Shown one piece after another: positions 11,856 through 25,247 of a DNA stretch of 64,000 nucleotides. A program made the position numbers and the translations under genes. The notes below the pieces were generated by a model. The model was given only the letters and a program-made list of their open reading frames with translations. It made no database searches and was not told where the DNA came from. The DNA comes from Octopus sinensis (Eukaryota). The number at the start of each line of letters is the position of its first letter. The stretch's first letter is position 1. The stretch spans positions 11,284,001 to 11,348,000 of the forward strand of contig NC_043002.1 of NCBI RefSeq assembly GCF_006345805.1. Reading direction: 5' to 3'.

Positions 11856-13530
11856 AAGGCATCAAACTGGCAGAATCGTTAGCACACCAGGCAAAATGCT
11901 TAGCCGTATTTCATCTGCCGCTACGTTGTGAGTTCAAATTCCGCCGAGGTCGACTTTGCCTTTCATCCTTTCGGGGTCGATAAATTAAGTACCAGTTATG
12001 CACTGGGGTCAATGTAATAGACTTAATACCTATGTCTGTCCTTGTTCGTCCCCTCTATGTTTAGCCCCTTGTGGGTAATAAAGAAACAGGTATTTCATCA
12101 ATGATTAAAGATGGTCCTTCTAGACTGATCTGACTGATTTTAGTCTGAAGAACTTCAAGTCAAAAAAAGTAGAGGAAAATCTCAGGTAGGAACAGAATTC
12201 CAGATGACTGTAGTTCTAGAGGGCAACAATTATTTAATGCAAAATTTAAGGATTAGGATATTGCAATGGTTACAAGAAGCTGATTGGGGTTCAAGGGTGG
12301 TCAGGAATACAATAGCAACAACCTATAAATGAACTGTTTAATTTTAACCATTTAGCATCCAGATTCTTCTGTCAAATGTAATGCTAATTTATCCATTTTG
12401 TTTCGATTTTATCATGCCTTGAAACTTTGATGATGTGATCGTATATTTTTGGAATTATATTGTAGGACAGGTGTCAGAGGCTGGAACATAAAACTGGTAG
12501 AATATTTGCCTGTTTAAATGTTAAACAGTTAAAACACCTCTTGATCTTGATTTTGTAAATTAACTGAAATATGAACAGACTGCTGAGAGAAATCTTCATT
12601 TTACATCTATTTTCTATAGAGGCAAGGGGTGGACTGTTCAACAGGATCTAATGGGTCAGAGGACCACATTTGACTCCAAGGTTTCATTTTCTGACTGGTT
12701 CCTATTGCTGGATGCCCTTACTAATATCAACCACTTTACAGGGTGGACCTAGTTGGGCTGTTTTTTGTGGAACCAGCACTACAGAAGTTGGCTTACTATC
12801 AACAAGGCTAAAGAGCCAGCTCAAGCCTTGTGTTGCTCTCAAAGGAATAATCAATCACTTAGGTGCTTTGCATGGCACCAGCACCTTACAGCTTGCAAAA
12901 TGAAAGACAGACGGGGGATTGCTCGGCTCATCCATCGATATAAAAACAAGGCGTCGAGCTGTCAGAAACGTTAGCACGCCGGGCGAAATCCTTAGCGGTA
13001 TTTCGTCTGCCGTTACATTCTGAGTTCAAATTCCGCCGAGGTCGACTTTGCCTTTAATCCTTTCGGGGTCGATAAATTAAGTACCAGTTAAGCACTGGGG
13101 TTGATGTAATCGACTTAATCCGTTTGTCTGTCCTTGTTTGTCCCCTCTGTGTTTAACCTCTTGTGGGTAGTAAAGAAATAGGTATTTCGTCTGACGTTAC
13201 ATTCTGAGTTCAAATTCCACTGAGGTCGACTTTGCCTTTTGTCCTTTCGGGGTCGATAAATTAAGTACCAGTTACGCACTGGTGTCGATATAATCGACTT
13301 AATCCCTTTGTCTGTCCTCGTTTGTCCTCTCTATGTTTAGCCCCTTGTGGGTAGTAAAGAAATAGGTATTTCGCCTGTCTTTATGTTCTGAATTCAAATT
13401 TCGCCTTTCACCCTTTCGGGGTCGATTAAATAAGAACCAGTTATGTACTGGGGTTGATATAATTGACTTAATTCGTTTGTCTGTCCTTTTTTGTCCTCTC
13501 TGTGTTTAGCCCCTTGTGGGCAGTAAAAAA
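11856..13530 (+). mobile_element. SINE family A copies (11856-12098 monomer; 12949-13530 multimer of ~3-4 modules)
   Basis: Repeated ctgagttcaaattcc...gtgggtagtaaagaaataggtatttcg modules. Confidence 0.8.
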
Positions 13531-14000
13531 ATTTTTTTAATTGAAAGACAGACCCTGCCACCCCTGATGGATGGCAGAGATTTGTTTTGAGAAAATGTTC
13601 ATGGAGAGAACAGTATTGGGATAGGGGTAATGGAGACCAGGGAGAAAAAGGGAATAGGAAGAGCAACATCAAGAATTAGTGTTAAGGGCAGCGGGCAGAC
13701 AAATTAGTACAGATCATCGTCATTGATTTACGACCAATCGACTTTACAATGACTGGTGCACCAGCTCCAGGCAGCAATAGTAAATAGTCCAGTTGAAATC
13801 TAATGGGTTTGATTTCTTAGAAATGAACCCGTCTACGGATGATGTCAGCTAACAAATGCTTCTCCTAGTTTTGGTTATTGATCGCCACAGTGCTGGAGGA
13901 CTATCCTGTCGCAGGGACATCGAGGCAACCTCGTATTTGTTTATAAGAGGACTGTTTGAGACTCCAATTTTTTTTGACTAAGGCCAATATAATAATACAC

Positions 14001-14215
14001 GGGCATATGGTGCAGTGGTTAAGAGTGCGGGCTACTAACACCAAGATTCAGAGTTCGATTCCAGGCAGTGACCTTAATAATAACAACATCAAAAAATACC
14101 TTAGGAATGAGAAGCCAGGTTCAAAATTTCCCCCAAGACACCTGATGAAGGCTGGAGGGTATATCAGCCGAAACATTGTTAACAATAAACAAGATGAGGA
14201 CAAATATCCGTCATC
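14001..14215 (+). mobile_element. tRNA-headed SINE with a Penelope-like 3' end
   Basis: Head GGGCATATGGTGCAGTGGTTAAG...GAGTTCGATTCC and tail cctgatgaaggctggagggtatatcagccgaaac. Confidence 0.6.
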
Positions 14216-14508
14216 GTCATCATCAGGTTAAGGTAAATATATAAATAATGTAAATAATGCCAAGATAATAGTATATTACTGAATGCTGTGTGTAACTTTT
14301 ACCTGAGAATGTACCTTAAGAATATAAAAATATAAAACAAAGCCATGTAGACCTATAGGCCAACTTTGGAGCAAATCGACTTACAACCAGTCAATCGGAA
14401 CCAATTGTGGTCATAAGTCGACAACAACCTGTAACGGTGGTGGGGTGGATTGAGAGAGTGGACCCTATAGAATATGTCTGTGAAAGGGTTAAGACAAGCT
14501 GTACTTAC

Positions 14509-14602
14509 CGTCCTTCTCTATAAGTCGCTGCTTCTTATTCTGCTGCTCACTCACATCTTCGTAATCAGGGTCAACATTTAAATAGCCACGCTTACTGCTC
14601 AT
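14509..14602 (-). CDS. YEATS2: YEATS2 first coding exon (MSSKRGYLNVDPDYEDVSEQQNKKQRLIEKD + 1 nt)
   Basis: ATG at 14602-14600. The DPDYEDVS motif matches the YEATS2 N-terminus. Donor G|gtaagt at 14508. Acceptor gctttcag at 14633-14634 gives a 30-nt 5'UTR portion (14603-14632). Confidence 0.9.
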
Positions 14603-14859
14603 GTCTGACCTTCAGCTTGTCGGACTCACATCCTGAAAGCAAAACAATATCACACGCTTTTACTTGTTTCAGTCATTTGACGGTGGCCATGCTGGAGCAC
14701 CACCTTTCGTCAAACAAATCGACCCCCCAGGACTTATTCTTTGTAAGCCTAGTACTTGTTCTATTGGTCTCTTTTTGCTGAACCGCTAAGTTACGGGGGA
14801 CGTAAACACACCAACATCGGTTGTCAAGCAACGCTAGGGGGACAAACACATATATATAC

Positions 14860-15590
14860 ATCAGCATGTAAAAAGCACTATTCAAACATGGCCGATGCCA
14901 GTACCCCACTGACTGACTCCTGTGCCAGTGGCACGTAAAAAGCACTATCCGAACATAATTGATACCAGGACTGCCCCACCATGCCTGTGGTACATAAAAA
15001 GCACCATCCGAACATGGCTAATGCCAGTACCCTCTGACTGGTGCCTGTGCAGGTGACACGTAAAAACCACTATCCAAACGCAATCAATGCCAGGCCCACA
15101 CGACTAGCTCCTATGCTGGTGACATGTAAAAACCATCCACTACACCCTCGGAAAGTTGGCATTATGTAGAGCATCCAGCTGTAGAAACTCTGCCAGATCA
15201 GATTGGAGCCTGGTGCAGCCGCTCGCTCACCAGACCTCAGCCAAACCGTTCAACCAATACCAGGATGGAAAACGGATGTTAAATGATGATGATATATATA
15301 GTATAGAGTATAGTGGGTGGTTTTTACGTGCCACCAGCACAGGAGCCAGTCAGGCAGGGCTGGTGTCAATCATGTTTGGATAATGCTTTTTACGTGCCAC
15401 CAGCACAGAAGCCAGTGAAGGGACACCGGCACTGGCCACATTCAGATGATGCTCTTTACAATGCTACAGACACAGGAGCCAGTCAGAGGATACAGGCATC
15501 AACCATATTCATATGATGCATTTTACATGCCACCAGAACGGGAGCCAGTCAGGAGGCACAGCTACGATTTTGGTTTTCCTTGACTCAACA
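14860..15590. mobile_element. Two convergent family B elements with subrepeats (+ 14860-15292; - 15315-15590)
   Basis: gtaaaaagcac...gccagtggcac subrepeats on the + strand and their reverse complements on the - strand. Confidence 0.7.
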
Positions 15591-17231
15591 GGCCTTCTCC
15601 TGTAACAACTCAGCCGGCTCTGCATAGTAGCCACAGCTTCCTGCATGACATGTGCCTCAATCAGTTCTGCATTGCAGCCACAACTTCTTGTTACAGCACT
15701 TCAACTATCATGTACCTTGACTACGAACTGGTATTTATCATCCTTGTGTCTGAACATTCTTCTAACGTCATGTTATAGACTCTTTCAATGCTCTGTACTT
15801 AATGCACACACATACACACTTTGTATACATGAAGGCCTGTCTATTATTATTATGCTTATATGACGCACAGACAGACACACATGTTAACACATAAATAAAA
15901 TCTTCTCTTAAACATTCTACCGGTTGTGTTTCTCTTTTCCTTCTGGCACTCATACTCATTCATACTTTTTGCATATTTTGCAATCGACTGTGCGGTGTAC
16001 TAAAGGGGCTCATTCATCGTCAACTCTCATTCGCACAGTCATTCTACAGACAGACAAGAGAGAGTCATTTTAGGGAGCAGAGCAAACAAGAATTATCTGA
16101 GAGAAAAATATGAAATACATACATACATGCAGCCAAGAAACAAGGTTAGTCATTTTAGGGAGCAGAACAAACACGAAAGAATGATTTTAGAGAACAGTAC
16201 GAAATACACATATATACATGTGGATGTAGTCAAGAAACAAGGGAAGGGATTATTTTAGAGGGAGAGATTACAGTTTGGAAGTTATTTGATGAATAATGGG
16301 AATAAAGTGGATGGGAAGCAAGCTTCTTACAAAACAGCCACTCCTGCACCTATAGGCTGCTTTTGCTTCAATCAATTTATAAAATAATGAAGAATTTCAA
16401 AAAATAACTTCCTCATTATTAAGCTTCGGTCTGGAACATCATCATCATCGTTTAATGTTTGCTTTCCATGCTGGCATGGGTTGGACGATTTGACTTGAGA
16501 ACTGGCAAACCAGATGGCTGCACCAGGCTCCAATCTGATCCAGTAGAGTTTTTATAGTTGGATGCCCACTTTAAAACAGTAAAGTTTATGTCACAGAACC
16601 TGGGGCAGTCTCAGGCAGGTTGGTATCAAAAGGATTAACCCTTTTGCTTCTCTCTCATCTGAAACTGCCCCTGGTTCTGATACAAACTTCCTGTTTAAAA
16701 GTGGTCTAGATTGAAACCTTTCATTAACCTTTTAGCAGTTAAACAGAATCTGACTGGCTCTTGTGCTGGTGGCACATAAAGAGCACCCACTACATTCTCG
16801 GAGTGGTTGGCGTTAGGAGGGGCAGCCAGCTGTGGAAGCACTGCCAGATGAAATTGGAGCCTGGTGCAGCTGCTGGCTCTCCAGACTTCAGTCAAACCAT
16901 CCAACCCATGCCACCATGGAAAACGGTCGTTAAACGATGATAATGATGATATCCATTCAGAATATTCTATGTTTTATGTTCAACTTGGCTTGGATCTGAC
17001 CCCTCACACCTACCCTTCTATGTCATTCTAAAAATAAACAATCACAGCATTGAAATCGCAAAGCCATAAGACAATATAGGATTAATTCAAAACAATGTAA
17101 TATATAAGCAATATATTTGACAGAGTAATCTCAATGCTGAAGGGTTAAAATTTCTGGGAAAACTTAAGTTCCAAACACCATCTTAATAACCCTTAAGCAT
17201 TTAAACTGGCCATATCCAGCCAAGATAATTT

Positions 17232-18830
17232 ACCTATTTCTTTACTACCCACGAGGGGCTAAACACAGAGGAGACAAACAAGGACAGACAAACGGATTAA
17301 GTCGATTACATCGACTCCAGTGTGTAACTGGTACTTAATTTATCGATCCCGAAAGGATGAAAGGCAAAGTCGACCTCGGCGCAATTTGAACTCAGAACGT
17401 AGCGGCAGATGAAATACCACAAGGCATTTCGCCCAGCGTGCTAACGATTCTGCCAGCTCGCCGCCTTCAACCAAGATAATTTACCTGCTTTACCTTCAAA
17501 TTAGCCAGATTTGACCTCTCACACGTAGCCTACAATATTATTCTAATCATAAATAATCATGTCATTAAAATCTCAAAGCTCGAAGGCAATACACGATTAA
17601 TTCATATCGATATGAATAGATAAACATTATATTCGTCAGAGAAAACTGAATGCTTAAGGGCTAAGGATTTCAAATTTTGGCACAAGGCCAGCAATTTCGG
17701 GTACTTATTTGAGCAACCCTGAAAAGGAAGAAAGGCAGAGTCGACCTCGGTGGCACTTGAACTCAGAATGTAAAGATGGACAAAATGTCACTAAGCATTT
17801 TGCCGGGTGTGCTAACCATTCTGCCAGCTCACCACCTTAATAACCCTTTCGAATGAAGGCACAGAGCCTGAAATTTGGGGGGAGGGGGGGGCTAGTCGAG
17901 TACATCGACCCCAGTGTGTAACTGGTACTTAATCTATCAACCCTGAAAGGATGAGCAGCAAAGTTGACCTTGGTGGAATTTGAACTCAGAACTCAGCAGC
18001 AGATGAAATACTGCTAAGCATTTCACCAGGCATGCTAACGATTCCGGCAGCTGGCCGCCTTTTACCACCTTAATAATGACAGTTAATTTATTGGTTCCAC
18101 ATTTTGGCACAAGGCGAGGAATTCTGATTCTGAGTGGCAGGGGTGGTGAAGTCGATTCCATTGACCTCAGTACTTGACTAGTATTCATTTTATCAACCCT
18201 GAAAAGGATGAAAGGCAAAGTCGACCTCAGCGGAATTTGATCTCAGAACGTAGAGACCGACAAAACGCCAATAAGCATTTTGCCCGGTACTACCAACTAA
18301 TGGTTCTGCCAACTCGCTGGCTTACTGATAATTAATTTATTAAGTTCTTCATTATATTCAAAATTAAATGAAACCATGACAGTGCAGTCTGAATAAAATA
18401 TGGGAATGAAAAGTGTTAAATTCATTTGAAAATTAGAGACCACTCTTTTAAGAATTCCTTTCGATTCTGGATAACCCAACAGTATTTTCACAGGTTTATA
18501 TCATGTTATTTTTTTTCAACTCTAGGCACAAGACACGAAATTTTTGGGGAAGGAGCCAGTCAATTAGATCAACCCCAGTACGCAACTGGTACTTAATTTA
18601 TCAACCCCGAAAGATGAAAGGCAAAGTCGGCCTCGGCGGAATTTGAACTCAGACAGATGAAATACCACTAATCATTTTGCTTGGTGTGCTAATGTTTCTG
18701 CCAGCTAGCAGCCTTAATATTCTTTTCTGCACTAGGCACAAAGACCAACATTTTTGGGGAGGAGGCCAGTTGATTAGATCAAACCCAGTACACAACTGAT
18801 ACTTAATTTATCAACCCCAAAAGATGCTTC
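17232..18830 (-). mobile_element. Cluster of about six SINE family A copies of varying divergence
   Basis: Recurrent gaaaggatgaaaggcaaagtcgacctcggcggaatttgaactcagaa and ctgccagctcgccgcctt blocks. Confidence 0.78.
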
Positions 18831-19194
18831 CCAACCACATGGTTCCGGTTCAGTCCCACTGTATGCATGACACCTTGGACAAGTGTCTTCTACTATAGCC
18901 TCAGGCCAACCAAAGCCTTGCGAGTGGATTTGGTGTGTGTGTGTGTGTATCTGCCATCACTTGACAACCAATGCTGGTGTGTTTATGTCCCCGTAACTTG
19001 GCAGTTCGGCATAAGAGACCAATAGAATAAGTACTAGGCTTACAAAGAATAAGTCCTGGGGTCGATTTCTTCAGCTAACACCCTTTAAGGCAGTGCTCCC
19101 AAATGGCTGTTGTCAAATGACTGAAACAATATATATATATATATGTATCTTTCAGTGTGTATGTTGTGTTATCTCTTGATATCACATGAAGGGG

Positions 19195-19540
19195 TGCAAA
19201 GGTGAGCAGGAATGAGAGAAAATCTATGTACCAAAATGGCTAGAGGAATGTTGAGGTGGTTTGGCTACATGGAGAGGATGGATGAGTGGATGGTAAGGAG
19301 GGTGGCGAAGGCAGAAGTGGTAGGCAGCAGAACCAGAGGTAGACCTCGGTTTGTGAGGCTGGATGGAGTATGGAAAGCTTTGGTGGTTAGAGGTGTTGGA
19401 GAGAGAGAGAGGGGCAAGAGAGTTTATAAATGATAGGAAAGCTTGAAGAGTAGTTGTGGATGGATGAGAGAACTGATGTTGCTCAAAGGGGTGTGGAACC
19501 AGCAGGATGCGGCAGGGGTAAACCAGCATATGCTGTCGGG
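19195..19540 (+). mobile_element. RTE-clade LINE 3' remnant
   Basis: MLRWFGYMERMDEWMVRRVAKAEVVGSRTRGRPRFVRLDGVWKAL is a typical RTE ORF C-terminus. Confidence 0.8.
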
Positions 19541-20329
19541 CCCCACTGGTGATATTGGGGGTTGCATTCTGAATGGATTTGGTAGACGGAATATGAAAGA
19601 AGCCCATTGTATATATGTATATATATGTGTGTGTGTGTCTGTGTTTGTCCGCCCCAACATCACTTGACAACTGATGCTGGTGTGTTTATGTCCCTGTAAC
19701 TTAGCGGTTCAGCAAAAGGGACCGATAGAATAAGTACTAGGCTTACAAAGAATAAGTCCTGGGGTTGATTTGCTCGACTAAAGGCGGTGCTCCAGCGTGG
19801 CCACAGTCAAATGACTGAAACAAGTAAAAGAGGAAAAGAGTTACAATTAAGCTGGTGTCCACTACTTTCTGAGTTCAAATTCCTCTGAGTTTGACTGCCT
19901 TTCATCTTTTCAGGGTCGCTAAATTAAGTAGTAGATGAGTATTTATGTAAAAAAATTATTTATTGTGTGCTTTATTTACTTTGCTAGGTAGTCGTTGTAG
20001 GATCGACTAGTCACGACTAGCTAGCGTGGCTGCGCGAGTACGCGCACCGGGACCACTCTTCTTAAGTAGTACCGGTTTCGGGTGGGTCGGTATTACTCGA
20101 GTGGAGTCTCCTCATTGATAATAGTACTGTTCAAAAATAGCATAGCCCGACATTATTTATATATATCGTGTGGTTTCAGGTTTACTGAAATAGGCTGAAG
20201 TCGCACGCGACATTCTACGTTCAGAAGCCTTTATTGAACTAAATGATCAAGCTTAAATACTAAACAACTAGCTACCTTCAATAGTATTCAATCAATACGT
20301 AAAATACATCCAATGCTACAATAATGGGA

Positions 20330-20557
20330 GGTACTACTTGAGAACAGTGCTCCCGGTGCGCGCACTCGCGCTAGCTAGTCATGACTAGTCGATCCTTACT
20401 TTGTGCTTTTGTGTTATTTTATTTTTTAAATTATTTATTTTGTATTTTATTTACTTTGCTAAGTAGTCGTTGCAGGATCGACTAAGCCACGACTAGCTAG
20501 CGTGGCTGCGCGAGTACGCGAGTGCGCGCACCGGGACCACTGTTCTCAAGTTGTACC
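20330..20557. mobile_element. MULE-like MITE (228 bp) with ~70-bp TIRs and a 9-bp TSD; half copy at ~19935-20073
   Basis: Ends GGTACTACTTGAGAACAGTG / CACTGTTCTCAAGTTGTACC. Flanks ataatggga and ataatggaa match at 8 of 9 positions. Confidence 0.7.
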
Positions 20558-21131
20558 ATAATGGAAAAAAAATAATTATTGCACGAAGGGTCCCAGTTGA
20601 AATTGGAAATGAAAAACAGTTAATGACGAGAGAAAAAATATAAGATTGCTGTCATACGAAATAATTAGTAAGGAATGAAGAGGAGGAGTCTTCTTCGAGT
20701 AGTGAAGATGATGGATGACGGATGTTGATAATGTAAACAAGGTCTGGGCATTGATTAATTGAGGTGCGAGACGAAATGGAAGCAGGATCTGGTGTTTCCA
20801 TGACGATGATAATAATAACAGCATTCTGCTGGTGGTGATCAATTGTTTTACTTTGATTCCCCCAGATGTAATAATTGTTGGGAGCGATGTAATTTCAGTT
20901 CGGGCACCAGTAATTACGTAAGAATGTTTGACCAAGAGACCGAGTAAAACTTGGATATATATATATATATATATCCGTTATATATATTATTTCAGATTCA
21001 CAGGAAACAAAAGATGAAGACAGGTGAGGGAACAAGCAGGTATATTCACACACACACACACACATATATATATACACACACGCGAGCACACACGTATATA
21101 TGCACACACCCACATATATATACACACACCC

Positions 21132-21169
<38 letters not shown>

Positions 21170-21269
21170 CCATACATATATACACACACACCCATATATA
21201 TATAGAGAGACACACACACCCATATATATATAGAGAGACACACACACCATATATATATATAAATATACC

Positions 21270-21304
<35 letters not shown>

Positions 21305-21759
21305 GTACACACACGCACACACTGGTATATATGTACATATATTTGTAATTATAACTACATTCCCCGCATGTGTGTGTATACACACATATCACAAACAATT
21401 CTATATTTTGCTTTGAATTTTTACTACACAAATCACTAAATCTGGCATTTTTTATTTATAAAAACCCCAAAATAAAGGAGTTCAGATCGTCGAATTCAAA
21501 CAAGAATTGACCGAAACCTACAAATAAACGATATACTGCCAGCAACCGAATATAAAGACCTTCTATATTTAATAATAACAGAACTAAATTAAATTAAATT
21601 AAAAAGGCAGGAATTTTTTGATGTTTCTACCAAACACGTGTTTTCAATATTAGTTTCTTCTAAGTAGGCAGAAGGCCAATTATTGTATGAAACGAATATA
21701 ATATCGGGTAAATATTCACCGGTATCAGTCGTACTGATATCTATTTTGTTTATTAACAA

Positions 21760-22680
21760 AGGGGCTGTAATTTGGTGAGACTAAAAACCCTTAAAAGGGA
21801 GACGAGGTGATGAAATATTGATAAATATTTGGTCCAGTACTTTGACAACCTGTTCTAAGATATTTAAAATATTGAATAGGATGGAAGAGACTCAATTCAA
21901 TTTGGAGTATTTGGGGGTTAAATATATATATATATATATAACAATAATAAATAAAATAACACGGGAGACTTCAATATCTGGGTTAAAACCCCAAAGGGGT
22001 CTGTTTGAAGTCAGGGTTTTACAGTTCCAGGGAGTTTGTGGTGGATGAAATAAATACCAGTGCTAGTATAATGCTGTGATGTGGGGGAAAAAAGGGGTTA
22101 AAAACAGGGCCTTGTGGTTAATTAATAACTAATTAATATAGGCCGTTGGGTAGAGAATAGAATAGAGTTATTGCAGGAAAGAGGAGAAGAGTTTTTTAAG
22201 AGCAAGTTTCGATATAAAGAGGTGTTTACGACACCACGAGGACAGACACCGGATGATCTCTGAAGCTGCCAAAATTAGCCTGGGTTATTTATGCTGATTA
22301 TCTGACAGCTAAATTGATAGTAATTTATCCGTTTGAACTGCATGATGATCTGAAAAAAAATTATATATGAATGCAAGGTGACTGTATGATATATAAAAGT
22401 GTCTGAAGAAGGTACTTACTTAGACATGATATGAAACAGTATGGTAGACGCCATGATGGTTGAAATTGACAAAAGACACGGCACGGATGGGTTGGATGGA
22501 TCCCAGGCATTTATAGGGACCTCAGACGAATAACATGGACAGAAATTAATTATAGTGTGGCCAGAAAATTATAATGGTTAATTTAAGTTGTTCTTGGTGG
22601 TTTCTGGAAATAAGTTAGAAGTGGATTTGAGGTTTTAATTGGAGGAAAAATATGAGAGAAAGAGATATATTTATATCGGT
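21760..22680 (-). mobile_element. Heavily degraded retroelement remnant (possibly Penelope-like RT)
   Basis: Multiple stops. Only fragments such as GVVNTSLYR (compare TSLYRKP) and a strong strand skew remain. Confidence 0.25.
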
Positions 22681-22829
22681 CGTCTATTACTGGAACAATA
22701 AAACGGTTTTGAGTGAATGAAAGTGCGGGAGATGGTGGTGTGTGTGTTGAAAAGTAAACAAACTTCTCTCAATTAAGACTCTGTCTGTGTGTCTGTGTTT
22801 GTTTGTGTATGTGTGTGTGTGCGCGTATG

Positions 22830-22864
<35 letters not shown>

Positions 22865-23949
22865 TGGGATCTCCCTTTGACTGCTATTTCTAAATTCGGT
22901 ATGTGGTGAGGCAAATCGTTGCTAAACCCTTAATTACTTAGTATTACTTAAACCTTCCTTGAATGGGGCTTTTACAAGCCGAACTCTACTTGGTGAAATT
23001 AATGATTATTCCAAATTAATTAATTTCACCCTTTATTATTATTGATATATATATATATATATATATATACATATGTATGTGTTCACACGCACACACACAC
23101 AAGTGTGTATACTCGTATAGTTATGTATATATATATGTGTGTGTATTTAGTTTTACACGGAAAAAAGTTGATAGTGACTTCGAAGTTTCGGCTTGCTCGC
23201 CGTCATCTGACTGTCAGCCTTATTTTTATTTTACAAAAATTAAATAACTTGTATACTATTTTTAAAAAAAATTCTGAGCGATCTTTCAGTTTAATGTTAA
23301 ATTATTTTAATATATTATCTTATTTTATTTTGTTTTATTTTAGCTGAATAAGTAAATGGATATTCATTGGTTTCAACGATAAATACTCAGTTATTTGGTC
23401 ACAATAATTATATATTAATTGAATTAGATTTTAAGCGGACGACTATTAAATAATAATCCGGTAGAATCAGCGTTATCCGATGTGATATTGTTATCCCTTT
23501 CGAATTACAGAGTCCATCCGATTGCCCTTGCACAAGTTTTTATCCATCCACCCATCCATCCATCCGTCCGTTGACAAGGCATGGGGGTCAACTCGAAGCT
23601 ATGATGAAAGATACTTGTCTACGATGCCACACAATTGGATCGAACCAAAGACATAATGTTTACGAAGCAATGTTCTAAATCACTCGGTCAAGCGACGGCG
23701 TGGGTTATGCCAAAAGTTGTTACTTTGGTACGTTTGGTACATTCCATTAAGTTACAAGTTTTCGCACAGTAACTATTGAATCTATGTAGATTTACCAAAT
23801 ATAACGAGGTGAGAATGGAAGGATTCAGTGAAGCTGATTACTCGATATTTAACAGTAGGAGAGAACAATAAAGTTGTTACAATTCAGTCAAAGAAAAGTC
23901 GGCGATCTTTAAGTCTTATCAGGATACTTGAAACATGCACGCACGCACA

Positions 23950-24145
23950 TGTATGTATGTATGTATGTATGTATGTATGTATGTATGTATGTATGTATGA
24001 TGTATGTATGTATGTATGTATGTATGTATGTATGTATGTATGGTATGTATGTATGTATGTATGTTGTATGTATGTATGTATGTATGTATGTATGTATGTA
24101 TGTATGTAGTATGTATGTATGTATGTATGTATGTATGTATGTATG

Positions 24146-24176
<31 letters not shown>

Positions 24177-24595
24177 TGTATGTATGTATGTATGTATGTA
24201 TGTATGTATGTATTATGTATGTATGTATGTATGTATGTATGTATGTATGTATGTTGTATGTATGTATGTATGATGTATGCATGTATGTATGTATGTATGT
24301 ATGTATGTATGCATGTAGGCATGTATGTATGTATGTATGTACGTATGTATGTATGTATGTATGTATGTATGCATGTATGCATGTATGTATGTATGCATGT
24401 ATGCATGTATGTATGTATGTATGTATGTATTTATGTATGTATGTTAGTATGTATGTATGTGTGTGTATGTATGTATGTATGTATGTATGCATGTATGCAT
24501 GTAGGTATGTATGTATGTATGTATGATGTTACTGGATGTGTATGTATGTATGTATGTATGTATGTGTATGTATGTATGTGTGCGTGTGTGTGTAT
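23950..24595 (+). repeat. (TATG)n microsatellite
   Basis: Direct observation. Source of the MYVC/HTYI pseudo-ORFs. Confidence 0.97.
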
Positions 24596-24612
24596 TTACA
24601 TAGATATATGAA

Positions 24613-24876
24613 CAATAATCCCTCGACTATTGCGGGTGTTACGTTCCAAAATGCCCCGCGGTGTGTGAAAATCCGCGAAGTAGAAACAGTACTGTACTGT
24701 ATATTTTCTTATCATTGTTTTGGTAATTTGTATATATTTATTTTATAATTTGTATTTAATTTATAATTTGTATACATTTATTTTATAATAAACGCAAAAC
24801 AACACCACGGAGGTATCGACATAAGCTTGAATAACAAACCGCGATGAGTGAACCGCGATGTGGCGAGAGATTACTG
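24613..24876. mobile_element. Tigger/pogo-like (Tc1-mariner) MITE
   Basis: Termini caataatccctcg and cgagagattactg, followed by TA, resemble Tigger-type TIRs. Confidence 0.55.
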
Positions 24877-25247
24877 TATGTATGAGTGAACGAACGAAAG
24901 AAGCATTCAACACATTTGGCCGGAGTTGCATATTTTAAATAAGAGATTGACTTAGCTCCACATGACTTACAGTTTCGTGGACGTATGCACAGAGTAGAAG
25001 CATTGGTGTAACCAAGATGTTCTGAAGATCTGAAGAGCTAGTCTTTTATATCTGCATAGATTTGTAATTGTGCAATTGTTCTAAGCAATGTGAAGCATGC
25101 ATATCGGTGCAGACATGTACAACGATTTATTATATACTGAAATTATTATTACATGATGAAAGCTGCGAAACAGCCGTAACCTTATGCATATCAAATGGTT
25201 AAATAAATATATTCACTTCTCATACCTCATGGCTTTTTACTTTATAT

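Noticed and set aside
14001-14075. tRNA-like sequences (also at 25774, 31065, 46297, 57612)
   Set aside because: They have A/B boxes but no complete cloverleaf or acceptor stem, and they run on into repeat bodies. They are SINE heads.
20576-20935. 119-aa minus-strand ORF
   Set aside because: No recognisable domain, start context or splice sites, and alternative frames contain stops. Probably an old repeat remnant.
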